DNA of 64,000 bases from Planctomycetota bacterium. GTDB taxonomy: Bacteria > Planctomycetota > UBA1135 > UBA2386. A program made the position numbers and the translations under genes. The DNA is taken from the NCBI GenBank assembly GCA_947501605.1, contig CANMWZ010000002.1:192001-256000 (forward strand), written 5' to 3'. Positions 31,497 to 41,347 of this stretch are shown one piece after another (within the stretch, counting starts at the first letter, position 1; each line of letters opens with the position of its first letter). A model generated the notes under the pieces. That model saw only the letters and a program-made list of their open reading frames with translations, was not told the DNA's origin and made no database searches.

Positions 31497-32437
31497 CGGT
31501 GCCTCCATCGATCGAGGGCCACGGCGGCAACGATGATCGCGCCGACCAACACGTCCTGCCAATGGTCGGCGATGCCCAGTTGCGTGCATCCGGCTTTGAG
31601 CACGACGGTGAGCAAGGCGCCGACCACCGCACCGACCAGCGACCCTTCGCCGCCAGACAGGCTCGCGCCGCCGATGACTACGGCGGCGATCACTTGCAGT
31701 TCGAGCCCCGCCCCCGCCGTCGGCACGCCGCAGCCGAGCTCGCCAAACTGCAGCGCGCCCACCACGCCGGCACCCAGTCCGCACATGGCATACACCAGCA
31801 GGAGAGTGCGCTCGACGCAAACGCCGCAGAGACGTGCGTTCTCGGGGTTGGAACCGATGGCGACGACGTGCAGGCCAAAGACCGTCCGCCGCAGGACGAC
31901 GGCGCTGATCGCGAGCGCTGCCAGCAGGATCCACACCGCGGGGCCCACAAGCAGCCAAGGCGAGGCTGGCACAGCACGCACGCAGTCGGCGAGGAAGCCC
32001 GGGTCGGCATCGATCTTCTGGTCGTCCGCGAGCCACTTGGCCAGACCGCGCGCGATCCCCATCGTGCCGAGCGTCACGAGAAACGGTGCAACCCGCAAGC
32101 CAGTGACGAGCAAGCCGTTGCCCAGTCCCCACAGCGCGCCGATCCCCGCAGCTGCCAGGGCTGCGAGCAGCGGGCTGGCGCCATCGCGCACCAGATGCGC
32201 CGATGCGACTGCGGCGAACGCAACCACCGAGCCGATCGAGATATCGATGCCGCCGGCGATCACGACGAAGGTCATGCCGAGCGCCGGCAACGCCACGAAG
32301 ACCGACTGCATGGCCATCGTCTGCAGACTCAGCACGCTCAGAAACGACGGTCGCGCCGCGCCGATCGCGATGACGAGTAGCACCAACGACAGCAGGGGCA
32401 GCAGACTCGACCACGAACTGCGCAGTGCGGACTTCAT
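31493..32437 (-). CDS. Sugar ABC transporter permease (RbsC-like)
   Basis: GGIDISIGS, PFLVTLG, AIGSNPENARLCG, ELQVIAAVVIGGASLSGG. Confidence 0.93.
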   Translation of the reverse strand: MKSALRSSWSSLLPLLSLVLLVIAIGAARPSFLSVLSLQTMAMQSVFVALPALGMTFVVIAGGIDISIGSVVAFAAVASAHLVRDGASPLLAALAAAGIGALWGLGNGLLVTGLRVAPFLVTLGTMGIARGLAKWLADDQKIDADPGFLADCVRAVPASPWLLVGPAVWILLAALAISAVVLRRTVFGLHVVAIGSNPENARLCGVCVERTLLLVYAMCGLGAGVVGALQFGELGCGVPTAGAGLELQVIAAVVIGGASLSGGEGSLVGAVVGALLTVVLKAGCTQLGIADHWQDVLVGAIIVAAVALDRWRHR

Positions 32438-33945
32438 GCAACGGTCTCCGACGTGGGCGACGACTGTAGGGCCTCGGCCAACAACGATTCCTGCGTCCAT
32501 TCGGAGGCGGCGCGCACTTCACCGAGGCACCCGTCTCGCATCACCGCGATGCGATCGCACAACTGCAGCAACTCGGGCAACTGCGAACTCACGATCAAAA
32601 TCGCCGCACCGCCGGCCGCCAGCTCGTGCAATGCGCGATAGAGGTGGACCCGACTCTGCACATCGATGCCGCGCGTCGGTTCGTCCAACAAGAGCACGCG
32701 ACACCCAGCAGCGAGCAGGCGTGCGAATGCGACCTTCTGCTGGTTGCCTCCGGATAGTTCGCCGCTGCGCTGATCGAGACTGCGGCACTTGACCTGCAGG
32801 ATCTCGCACGGCCCCCGCGCCGTGGCCGCCAAGCGGCGAGCGCTGACGAAGCCGCGGCGGCTCGTGCGCCACAGACTCGGCAGCACCACGTTGCTGGCGA
32901 TCGACTGCGACAACGAGAGCCCCGAGCGCTTGCGGTCTTCGGCGACCATGCCAACGCCCTCGTTCCAGCGGGCAGCGATCGTCGATCCAATCGGACGAGT
33001 GCGCAGCTCGATCGTTCCCGCCGTGCGCGCGCGCAGGCCGAAGAGGACCTCGAGCAGTTCGGTGCGCCCTGCGCCACACAGTCCGCCGATGCCGAGGATC
33101 TCACCTTGGCGCAGCGCCAAGGTCGCCGACCGCGGCAACGGTGCGGCGGCGAGATCACAGACGTCGAGCACAACCGCCGCGGGCGTGCGCACTGCAGCAC
33201 GGCGGACAAAGGTCGCATCGAGCTCGCGCCCCGCCATATGCCGCACGAGTTCCTGGTCGCTGACCCGTGCGAGCACGCCAGCAAACACAGTGCGACCGTC
33301 GCGCAGCACCGTCGCCGTCGTCGCCACGCGGCGAACTTCCGCGAGGGCGTGGCTCACATAGACCACGGCTATGCCTCGTTCGCGCAAGTGCGCCAGCACG
33401 ACGAACAGCCGCTCCGCGTCGTCGCTGCCGAGCGAACTCGTCGGTTCATCCATCACGACGATGCGGGCGTCCTGCTGCAACGCGCGGGCGATCTCGACGA
33501 TCTGGCGCTGGGCCGGCGACAGCGCTCCGACGCGCGCGCGCAGCGAAATGTCGGCGCGGTGCACGAGTTCGAGCGCCGCGCGCGCCGCCGCATCGCGGGC
33601 GCGTCGATCGACCAGAAAGAACCGGCTTCGATGCCGACCGAGCACGATCGCGTCGGCGACTTCGAGGTGGCCCACGATCGACAATTCCTGGTGGATCATC
33701 GCGATGCCAGCCCGCTGCGAGTGCAGCGAGCCACTCGGCGAGAACGGTTGACCATCCAGTTCGATCTGGGCCCGCTGCAGCGGCACCAGCCCGGTGAGGG
33801 CCCGCAGCAACGTGCTCTTGCCAGCGCCGTTCTCGCCGAGCAATGCGTGCACTTCGCCCGGCCCGACTTCGAGGCTGGCACCGTCCAGAACGCGCGCGTC
33901 GCCAAACGCGACCAAGACGTCCTGCATCGAGAGTCTCGGTGTCAT
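32434..33945 (-). CDS. Sugar ABC transporter ATP-binding protein (RbsA-like, two domains)
   Basis: GENGAGKST, MDEPTSSL, LSGGNQQK, LDEPTRGID. Confidence 0.95.
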   Translation of the reverse strand: MTPRLSMQDVLVAFGDARVLDGASLEVGPGEVHALLGENGAGKSTLLRALTGLVPLQRAQIELDGQPFSPSGSLHSQRAGIAMIHQELSIVGHLEVADAIVLGRHRSRFFLVDRRARDAAARAALELVHRADISLRARVGALSPAQRQIVEIARALQQDARIVVMDEPTSSLGSDDAERLFVVLAHLRERGIAVVYVSHALAEVRRVATTATVLRDGRTVFAGVLARVSDQELVRHMAGRELDATFVRRAAVRTPAAVVLDVCDLAAAPLPRSATLALRQGEILGIGGLCGAGRTELLEVLFGLRARTAGTIELRTRPIGSTIAARWNEGVGMVAEDRKRSGLSLSQSIASNVVLPSLWRTSRRGFVSARRLAATARGPCEILQVKCRSLDQRSGELSGGNQQKVAFARLLAAGCRVLLLDEPTRGIDVQSRVHLYRALHELAAGGAAILIVSSQLPELLQLCDRIAVMRDGCLGEVRAASEWTQESLLAEALQSSPTSETVA

Positions 33946-33954
33946 CGACAGCGA

Positions 33955-34929
33955 TCAGCGCGACAAGATCGAGAGATCGGGCGCCAACAGCGACCGGATG
34001 CGGGGCTCCGAGCAGTTTTCGGGCGTCGCCAGCGCCAGCTCGGTGGTTTGCTCGCGCACGACCGCGGTGCCGCGCAGCACGGCGACCATGGCCTGCACCC
34101 CCTGTCGTCCCATGGCCACAGGGTCCTGCAGTACGAGGCCATGAATCTGACCCTGCTCCAGGCCGCGCTGCAGCGGCTCGCTGCTGTCGAAGCCGACAAA
34201 CTTGACGGCACCGGCCTTGCCGTTCTGTTGCAGCGCCACCAGGAAGCCGTGCGTCGTGGATTCGTTGGGACAGAACACGCCGGCGACATCGGGATGCGCC
34301 AGCAGCAGCGATGCGGCCGTCTGCTGCGCCTTCTGTTCATCGCTGGCGTAGCTCTCGCTCGACACGACGGCGATGCCCGGAAACGCAGCCAGCGCCTCGA
34401 GACACCCCTGTTCGCGGGCGGTCGTGCTGGCCGAGCCCTGTTGGAAGCGCAGCATCACCACCTTGCCCGTGCCGGCGAGCAACTCGCCGAGGTGCTTGCC
34501 GGCGAGGGCGCCACCGGCGCGATTGTCGGTCGACACAAACGCCTTGTGAGCCGCTCCCGCCAGCGCCGAATCGATGACTACGACCGGAACGCCGTTTTGC
34601 AGCGCCTCGGCGACTGGACGTTGCAGAGCTTGCTCGTCGACGGGGGCGAGCACGACGCCGGCCACACCGCTGAGCACGAGATTCTGCAGCAGGTGCACCT
34701 GCGCCTGGCGACTGCCCTCGGGATCGGGGCCCTTCCATCGGATCTCCACGCCGAGGTCCTTCGCCGCCTGCTCAGCCCCGGCGTGCACCGCCTTCCAGAA
34801 CACGTGCTGGGTGCCCTTGGGCACGACCGCGATCGTCATCCCCGCGGACTTCAATTCGGCGCCGCATGACCAGAACACGAGCGGCAACAGCAGCGTGCAG
34901 AAGGACGACCGACGAGTGAGCAAGCCCAT
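33955..34929 (-). CDS. Sugar ABC transporter substrate-binding lipoprotein (RbsB-like)
   Basis: Signal with Cys (VFWSC), IAVVPKG..H.FW, PVVVIDS, STDN, VGFD, QDPVAMG. Confidence 0.92.
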   Translation of the reverse strand: MGLLTRRSSFCTLLLPLVFWSCGAELKSAGMTIAVVPKGTQHVFWKAVHAGAEQAAKDLGVEIRWKGPDPEGSRQAQVHLLQNLVLSGVAGVVLAPVDEQALQRPVAEALQNGVPVVVIDSALAGAAHKAFVSTDNRAGGALAGKHLGELLAGTGKVVMLRFQQGSASTTAREQGCLEALAAFPGIAVVSSESYASDEQKAQQTAASLLLAHPDVAGVFCPNESTTHGFLVALQQNGKAGAVKFVGFDSSEPLQRGLEQGQIHGLVLQDPVAMGRQGVQAMVAVLRGTAVVREQTTELALATPENCSEPRIRSLLAPDLSILSR

Positions 34930-34974
34930 CGCCGAGCAACGTTGCGGACTGGCCGTGCCGCCGTCAAGGATGGG

Positions 34975-36297
34975 TCAACGAACGGGCCCGCCGGTCGCGC
35001 GCCGCTGCACCAGCGGCAGCCGCGGCTCCGCGACCTCGCCGAGCGGCATGGCCGCGGCCACGGTGCGAGCCGCGGCAGCTGCTGCCGCCGCCGTCCGGGC
35101 GTGCACGAACGCCAGTGGCGCACCCTTTTCCACGCGCTCGCCGCGCACTCGCTGCAGCACGATGCCGACCAACGGATCGACTTTGTCGGCAGGGGCACGA
35201 CGGCCGCCACCGAGGTCGACAACGGCATGGCCGAGGGCAAGCGGGTCGACATCGAGGACGACGCCGCTACGCAGAGCCGGCACCGGCACGAGGTGCGGCG
35301 CGCGGCCAAGGCGCGATGGGTCGTCGACGACCCGCGGATCGCCACCCTGGCGTTCGAAGTTCTGTTGCAGGGCCCGCGCGACGGCGCCGCTGCTGAGCAG
35401 CTTGCTGAGCCGCGATCGCGCGCTCGCTGCTTGTTGTTCGACGCCCGCCAACAACAGCATCTCGACTCCGAGCTCGACGGTCAGTGACACCATGTCGGCC
35501 GGTCCGCGACCCTGGCTGGCCTCGATGATTTCGACGATCTCGAGCGCGTTGCCGAGTGCTAGCCCGAGCGGATGGTCCATGTCCGTTCGCAACGCCGTTA
35601 CGCGAAGGCCCGCCGCAGCGCCAACGTCAACGATGGACTGCAACAAGCGGTCGGCATCGGCAGCGTCCTTCATGAAAGCAGCGCGGCCGCACTTCACATC
35701 CATCACCAGGCCATCGAGGTTCTCCGCCAGCTTCTTGCTGAGGATCGAACTGGTGATGAGTGGGATGCTCTCCACCGTGCCACTCACGTCCCGCGTCGCA
35801 TACATGCGGCGGTCGGCTGGCGCGATATCGGCACTTGCCTGCGCCATCGCAAAGCCGCAGTCGCGCAGCACGGCGTCGAAGGTCGGCAGATCCAGCGCCG
35901 TGCGATACCCAGGAATCGCCTCCAACTTGTCGATGGTGCCACCGGTGTGGCCAAGCCCTCGACCGCTGATCATCGGCACGTGGACCGAACACAGCGCGAC
36001 CAGCGGAGCCAGCAACAGGCTGGTCTTGTCGCCGACGCCGCCAGTGGAGTGCTTGTCGATACGCGGCTGGTCGCCGCAGCGAGCGAGCAGGGCGCCACTA
36101 TCGCGCATCGCCAGCGTCAACGCGGCCGTCTCGGACGGCGTCATCCCGCGCAGGCATACGGCCATCAAGAACGCACCGAGCTGGGCGTCGTGCAAACTGC
36201 CATCCACCACGCCGGCGACGAGGTCTTGGATCTCGGCGGGCGACAACGCCTCGCCATCCCGCTTTTTCTGGTTCAGCCGCGCTGGGTGATAGTGCAC
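34975..36297 (-). CDS. pdp: Pyrimidine-nucleoside (thymidine) phosphorylase
   Basis: KKRDG, DKHSTGGVGDK, SGRGLGHTGGTIDKLE, SILSKKLA. Confidence 0.95.
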   Translation of the reverse strand: MHYHPARLNQKKRDGEALSPAEIQDLVAGVVDGSLHDAQLGAFLMAVCLRGMTPSETAALTLAMRDSGALLARCGDQPRIDKHSTGGVGDKTSLLLAPLVALCSVHVPMISGRGLGHTGGTIDKLEAIPGYRTALDLPTFDAVLRDCGFAMAQASADIAPADRRMYATRDVSGTVESIPLITSSILSKKLAENLDGLVMDVKCGRAAFMKDAADADRLLQSIVDVGAAAGLRVTALRTDMDHPLGLALGNALEIVEIIEASQGRGPADMVSLTVELGVEMLLLAGVEQQAASARSRLSKLLSSGAVARALQQNFERQGGDPRVVDDPSRLGRAPHLVPVPALRSGVVLDVDPLALGHAVVDLGGGRRAPADKVDPLVGIVLQRVRGERVEKGAPLAFVHARTAAAAAAAARTVAAAMPLGEVAEPRLPLVQRRATGGPVR

Positions 36298-36319
36298 GAA
36301 TCCGCCTTCGCTCGGCGCA

Positions 36320-37168
36320 TCACTGCGCGACCGGGTGCCAGAGAGTCTTCAGTTCCACGAACGGCTCGATCCACGATAGCGACCGCACGGCCTCGGGCTT
36401 GGTCCAGTCGGCGGCGGGCACATCGCAGAAGCGCAACCGTTTGCAGTTGTCCGCGGCGGCCTGCCCCACTGCCGCCTCCGGTTTGCCGGCGACCAGCAAG
36501 GCGTCGATGTCGCGGTGCGCCGCGAAGTGCGGCAGCAGCTCACGGCGATGGCCCGCGAGCAGGTTGATGGTCCCCGCCGGGAAGTCGCTGGTTGCCAGTG
36601 CTTCGCCCAGCGCCAAGCCCGCGAAGGGTGCCGTCTCGCTGCACAGCGCGATCACGGCGTTGCCGCCCGCGAGCACCGGCAGCACCAACGCGAGCAGCCC
36701 GAGGAGCGACGGCGTCTCCGGTGCCACGACGCCGACAACCCCGGTCGGCTCGACGGTGCTGAACGCGAAGAACGGCCCCTGCACGGCATTCTGGCTACCG
36801 AGCAGGCTCTGCAACTTGTCCGGCATGCCGGCGTACCAGGTCACCAGCGCGATCGAAGCGTCGAGCTCCTTCTGCGCCGCACCCGACTTCAGTCCGCCCT
36901 GGCGCAGCTCGGCGACGAGGGCCTCGCGGCGGGTCTCAAGCATCTCGGCGAGCCGGTAGAGAATCTGACCGCGCAAGTAGGCCGAGCTGCTACTCCAAGC
37001 CTTGAAGCCCGGGCGAGCGGCGACGACGGCATCGCGAAGGTCCTTGCGGCTACCGCGGGCAACGTTGATCAGAGGGGCCGAAGCGGGCTGGAAGCTGCGC
37101 CCAGATTCGCTGCGCGGAAACTTGCCGCCGACGAAAAGCTTGTAGGTCTTGCGCACGGGAACCGACAT
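36320..37168 (-). CDS. Short aldehyde dehydrogenase-family protein (NAD-binding domain only)
   Basis: KTYKLFVGGKFPRSESGR, RGQILYRLAEML, EPTGVVG, ELKTLWHP. No catalytic Cys domain. Confidence 0.88.
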   Translation of the reverse strand: MSVPVRKTYKLFVGGKFPRSESGRSFQPASAPLINVARGSRKDLRDAVVAARPGFKAWSSSSAYLRGQILYRLAEMLETRREALVAELRQGGLKSGAAQKELDASIALVTWYAGMPDKLQSLLGSQNAVQGPFFAFSTVEPTGVVGVVAPETPSLLGLLALVLPVLAGGNAVIALCSETAPFAGLALGEALATSDFPAGTINLLAGHRRELLPHFAAHRDIDALLVAGKPEAAVGQAAADNCKRLRFCDVPAADWTKPEAVRSLSWIEPFVELKTLWHPVAQ

Positions 37169-37447
37169 GAGCACGACGTTCGCCGTTGCCGCGGCTCGAT
37201 GCAAGAAATCGCTGCGCGGAACGCCGCATGCGATTCTGGGAAGACCCTCCCGGCGCATGGATTCACCACACCGACCGCGATCTCGGTGTATGGCACGCGC
37301 ACAGCGATGAGGCGGTCGACGACCGGCAGAAAAAAGAAAGGACCCCGTCGCGGCAGAACAGAGCCCGCGCGCACCCAGGGATTCAACGCCCGCTCCTCGC
37401 CCCACCGCAACCGACAGCGAGCCATCGGTGTGCTTGGCTACGTGCCG

Positions 37448-37463
37448 TGGCACGTGGGTTGCT
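37448..37463 (+). promoter_or_regulatory. Sigma54 (-24/-12) promoter
   Basis: TGGCACG-TGGG-TTGCT, a full consensus match with GG at 37449 and GC at 37461, 115 nt upstream of the ATG at 37579. Confidence 0.8.
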
Positions 37464-37578
37464 CCTTACCACACAGATCCGAGCCGAGTCTCTTCAATAT
37501 TCGCAGGACTCCTATGTTGGCCCCGCCTCGTCTCGCGGAATCCCTGCAAACCCTCCTAACTGATCGAGGTTCGCTCAC

Positions 37579-38793
37579 ATGGTCTGCTCCCGCATTCTGC
37601 TCGCTTCCATTGCACTCGCCGCGGCGCTCCAAGCCCAAGGCACGACGGCAACGCTGGCCGACGGCCGCATCCTGACGCCCCTCAGTCCTCCGGTCGAGTT
37701 TCTGACCGAAGGTCCGATCACGGCGCTCGACACCGCCAGCAAGATCATCTCGGCCCAGGGCCTCAACGTCACCGTACCCGCAACGATCGATGGCCTGCCG
37801 TTCAAGCTCATCGGCACCAACTTCGCCGGCGCCGAGATCACGGCGGCCACGTTCAACGCACTGCTCGACGAAAACGCAGCCGCTGGTGGTCGTGACGCCG
37901 GTGGCCCGCTGCACCCAGGCGCCGTGCGCTCGATCTTCAGCTCGGGCAAGATCCAGATCGAAGCCACCCAGGATTCGCCGGCCAGTCTCGCGATGCGCGC
38001 GCAGCTCGATGCGATCCGCAGCACCGTCGAAGCGAGCCACGCTGTCGTCCTGCTCCCGACCGAAGGCATTGCCTTCCCGGGCCAGAGCGACAACCCGCCC
38101 CCGGACACGTTCCAGTACAGCGGCAGCACGCTGAAGTCGGCTGGTCAGGTCTATCAGGACGCTGCCGGCAATCGCTTCCTCATCCCGGACGGCGACGCCG
38201 TGGTCGAGTTTGCCGAGAACCTGGTCATGGGACCGATCACGTCGGTGAATGCGACCGGCGCGTTCCCGTCGTTCGTCATGGGTGAGATGCCAGTGGTCCT
38301 CAACCCGGACCCGCGCCTCCCCACCGTCATCACCGGCCTCAGCGGTGTCGAATTCAGCCCGAGTGAGTTCTACACGATCCTGGGCAACGCCACGACCGAC
38401 CCGCACATGGTCGCCGCCGGTTACGTCGTCGACGGCGTGCTGTTCGCTACGATGATCGAGTCCGAACTCATCAACCCGGTGACGCCGCCCACGGTCTCGA
38501 TCGACCGCGCGACGTTTGACAACCGCAGCAACGAAGTCCGCCTGCGCGGCACGGTCGACAAGCCGACCGGCCTGCGTGTGCGCATCGAGTTCCTGCGCGG
38601 CGCCGTCGTCGCCGGCACCTTCATCGAGAACATCGTCGTCGACCCCGCCGTCGGCCCGTTTGGCGAGTGGCTCTACCGCGGCCGCAACACGGTCCCCGGT
38701 GGCCTCGCCACCGTCACGGCGATTCGCCTGACGCTGATCAACGAGGTCAATGCGACGGTCACGACCCGGACGTTCGAACGCAGCGCGCTCTGA
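37579..38793 (+). CDS. Secreted protein with two DUF5666-like repeats and a C-terminal beta domain
   Basis: Signal peptide ending ALQAQ. Repeated EGPITALD / MGPITSVN ... G..V... and GVLFATMIE patterns. SD GAGG. Confidence 0.65.
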   Translation: MVCSRILLASIALAAALQAQGTTATLADGRILTPLSPPVEFLTEGPITALDTASKIISAQGLNVTVPATIDGLPFKLIGTNFAGAEITAATFNALLDENAAAGGRDAGGPLHPGAVRSIFSSGKIQIEATQDSPASLAMRAQLDAIRSTVEASHAVVLLPTEGIAFPGQSDNPPPDTFQYSGSTLKSAGQVYQDAAGNRFLIPDGDAVVEFAENLVMGPITSVNATGAFPSFVMGEMPVVLNPDPRLPTVITGLSGVEFSPSEFYTILGNATTDPHMVAAGYVVDGVLFATMIESELINPVTPPTVSIDRATFDNRSNEVRLRGTVDKPTGLRVRIEFLRGAVVAGTFIENIVVDPAVGPFGEWLYRGRNTVPGGLATVTAIRLTLINEVNATVTTRTFERSAL

Positions 38794-38986
38794 TCGCGGA
38801 GCGAGCCCAGCAGCCAGTCCGGGAACGGCGCCGTCGCCGAGCGTCCCGCGGGATGCGATCTTGGACTGGCCTAGAACGATGAGCCCGGTGCGCCCAACGG
38901 CGCGAACCGGGCTCGAACTCTGTACCGGACGTGACGATTTCGTCCGCAGTGGAATCAGGCGGATGGCTGCGTTTGCTGCGCCACTC

Positions 38987-41137
38987 ATGACTGCCCCAAA
39001 GGTGCACCCGTCTGCCTGGCTCGCGCCAACGCGCCCTCGACCGATCCTCGCCGGCGTCGTTCGCGGACTCCTGCTTGGTGCCGCGCTGACTCCGGCGATG
39101 GCCCAAGACGGACCCGGCGGTCCGTTTGGCGGCCCTGCCGGTGGACCAGGAGGCCAAGGTGGCCCGGGCGGACCTGCGAGCGCGCGCGAACAGAAACTGG
39201 TGGAGCGCTTTGACACCGACAACAACGGCCGCCTCGACCAAGAGGAGCGGAACACCGCGCGGAAATGGCAGCAGCAACAGCCGCGGCGCGGCATGGGCGG
39301 TCGCGGTGGACCGGGATTCCCTGGTGGACCGGGATTCCCTGGTGGAGCGGGATTCCCAGGTGGAGCGGGCGGTCGCGAAGCGGACGCTGCCGCGGAGTCA
39401 CCGCGTCAACCCGTGACGATCGCCCCGGAAGACGTGACGAACTTCGTGGATCACGCCCTCTACGACCCGGCAGTTGTGCGCACGATCTTCCTCGAGTTTC
39501 CAACGGCCGATTGGTTCGAGGAGCTTGCCGACTTCTATCGCACGGATGTCGAGGTCCCGGCAACGATGCGCGTCGACGGTGTCGAGTACCGCGATGTCGG
39601 CGCCGGCTTCCGCGGCAACTCGTCGTACTTCGGCGTGCAAGGCAAGAAGAAGTCGTTCTCGCTGTCCGTCGATGCCGTCGACAGCAAGCAGAAGCTCTAC
39701 GGCTTTGGTGAGCTCAACCTGTTGAACTGCAATGACGACCCGTCGTACCTGCGCGAAGCGATCCATGCGTTCGTCGCGCGGCAGTTCACGCCGGCGCTGC
39801 AGGCCAACATCGTGCAGCTCGTGGTCAACGGCGAAAACTGGGGCCTCTACGCCAACGTCCAGCAATTCGACAAGACCTTCCTCGACGGCGAGTATGGCAC
39901 CAAGAAGGGCGTGCGGTGGAAGGTCCCGGCCAACCCTCGCGGCGGGGCGGGACTCGCGTGGCAAGGCGAAGAGCGCGAGGCCTACGAACGGTCCTACGAG
40001 TTGAAGGGCAAGGTCGAAGACGAAGCCGGCGCGTGGCAACGCCTCATCGAACTCTGCCGTGTGCTGAACACGACGCCGATCGAAGACCTCGAACGCGTGG
40101 TTCCGGGGGTGCTCGACATCGATGCTGCGCTGTGGTTTCTCGCCATCGACGCCGCGCTGCTCGACGGCGACGGCTACCAAAGTCGCGCCAGCGACTTCCT
40201 GCTCTGGGAAGGCCCCGATCATCGTTTCCGGCCGCTGCCGTACGATAGCAATGAGATCCTCGGCGCCGGCATGCGCGGCATGCGCGGTGGACCTGGCGGG
40301 CAGGCTGGACCTCCTGAGCAAGGCGGACCCGGGCGCCGCGGCGGCAACGGCGACGCGCCGCCCGGCGGTCGCGACGTTGGCCCTCTGGAAGATGGCAGTG
40401 CCCCTCCCGGCAGCGAACGCCGCGGCCAACGCGGCGGCCGCGGCGGCGGTCCGGGTGGCATGATGGGCGCGCCGAGTCCGACTTCGAGCCCCCTTGCGCT
40501 GGCCGACCAACAGGCGCGGCCGCTTGGTCGCCTGCTGCTAGTCCCCCGCTGGCGCGCCGCCTATCTGGCGCACCTGCGCGCCATCTCGACGCAGGCGCTC
40601 GAGTGGGAAATCCTCGGCGAGTTCGCCACGTCCCTGCACACGAAGATCGACGCCATGGCGAAGCAGGACGACAAGGCGCTCGCCAGCTATACCGCGTTCG
40701 GCAAGAGCCTTCAGTCCTTGCAACGGACCGCGATGGCGCGTCACCAGACCCTGCAAGAACACGCGTGCATGCAGGGCCCTTGGCCAGAACTCTCCGACCT
40801 CCGCGCCGAGGTCGGGCGCCACGGTGAGCGCGACGCCAAGCTAGCGGTCTGCGTGCGCAGCAACGACGCGAGCAAGGTCGCCAACGTGTGGTTGCATGTG
40901 AGCACCGCGAAGCGTGGCCCGTTCGCCGCCGTCGTCTTGCACGACGATGGCCAGCACGGGGACGGCGCCGCCGACGACGGCGTCTTCGGTGGCAGCAGCG
41001 AACCGTTCGCGCAGAACGAGGCGGTGCACTACTACATCGAGGCCCTCGACGACGGCGAACAACCAAAGGCCGCGTTCCTGCCCGCGGCTGCGAGCGGGCG
41101 CCCGCTACGCGCGGAACTCGACGACAAGAAGCGCTGA
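38987..41137 (+). CDS. Secreted CotH-family kinase with EF-hand and C-terminal DDG-motif domain
   Basis: GAGFRGNSS, KKSF, LNLLN...DPSYLRE, VNGENWGLY.NVQQ, PLPYD. EF-hand DTDNNGRLDQEE and LHDDGQHGDGAADDGVFG. Start could be 38963. Confidence 0.85.
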   Translation: MTAPKVHPSAWLAPTRPRPILAGVVRGLLLGAALTPAMAQDGPGGPFGGPAGGPGGQGGPGGPASAREQKLVERFDTDNNGRLDQEERNTARKWQQQQPRRGMGGRGGPGFPGGPGFPGGAGFPGGAGGREADAAAESPRQPVTIAPEDVTNFVDHALYDPAVVRTIFLEFPTADWFEELADFYRTDVEVPATMRVDGVEYRDVGAGFRGNSSYFGVQGKKKSFSLSVDAVDSKQKLYGFGELNLLNCNDDPSYLREAIHAFVARQFTPALQANIVQLVVNGENWGLYANVQQFDKTFLDGEYGTKKGVRWKVPANPRGGAGLAWQGEEREAYERSYELKGKVEDEAGAWQRLIELCRVLNTTPIEDLERVVPGVLDIDAALWFLAIDAALLDGDGYQSRASDFLLWEGPDHRFRPLPYDSNEILGAGMRGMRGGPGGQAGPPEQGGPGRRGGNGDAPPGGRDVGPLEDGSAPPGSERRGQRGGRGGGPGGMMGAPSPTSSPLALADQQARPLGRLLLVPRWRAAYLAHLRAISTQALEWEILGEFATSLHTKIDAMAKQDDKALASYTAFGKSLQSLQRTAMARHQTLQEHACMQGPWPELSDLRAEVGRHGERDAKLAVCVRSNDASKVANVWLHVSTAKRGPFAAVVLHDDGQHGDGAADDGVFGGSSEPFAQNEAVHYYIEALDDGEQPKAAFLPAAASGRPLRAELDDKKR
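39305..39369 (+). repeat. 18-bp coding tandem repeat (GGPGFP/GGAGFP), about 3.6 copies
   Basis: ggtggaccgggattccct twice, then ggtggagcgggattccca and a partial fourth copy. Confidence 0.9.
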
Positions 41138-41171
41138 TCCACCGGAGCGACCAGATCGGTTGCGCCAAAGG

Positions 41172-41216
41172 GAGCTGGCCGAGCTGGAGCTGACCCAACT
41201 GGAGCTAACCCAGTGG
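41172..41216. repeat. Intergenic 15-bp degenerate tandem repeat (3 copies)
   Basis: gagctggccgagctg / gagctgacccaactg / gagctaacccagtgg. Confidence 0.7.
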
Positions 41217-41347
41217 CAGCAACTCTGCGCTGCCGTTCCAGAACGCCTCGCGTCTCGGCGCTGGTGTGCCGGGCGCTCAGCGACGGCGCCCTTGCGCCGG
41301 CGGCTGTTGGTCGCTGTTCGGGAGCGGGCGCCGGCGTGGCCCAGAGA

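Noticed and set aside
36320..37168. ALDH pseudogene
   Set aside because: The ORF is intact with the conserved start and end of a recognisable short-ALDH type, and no frameshift remnant was seen.
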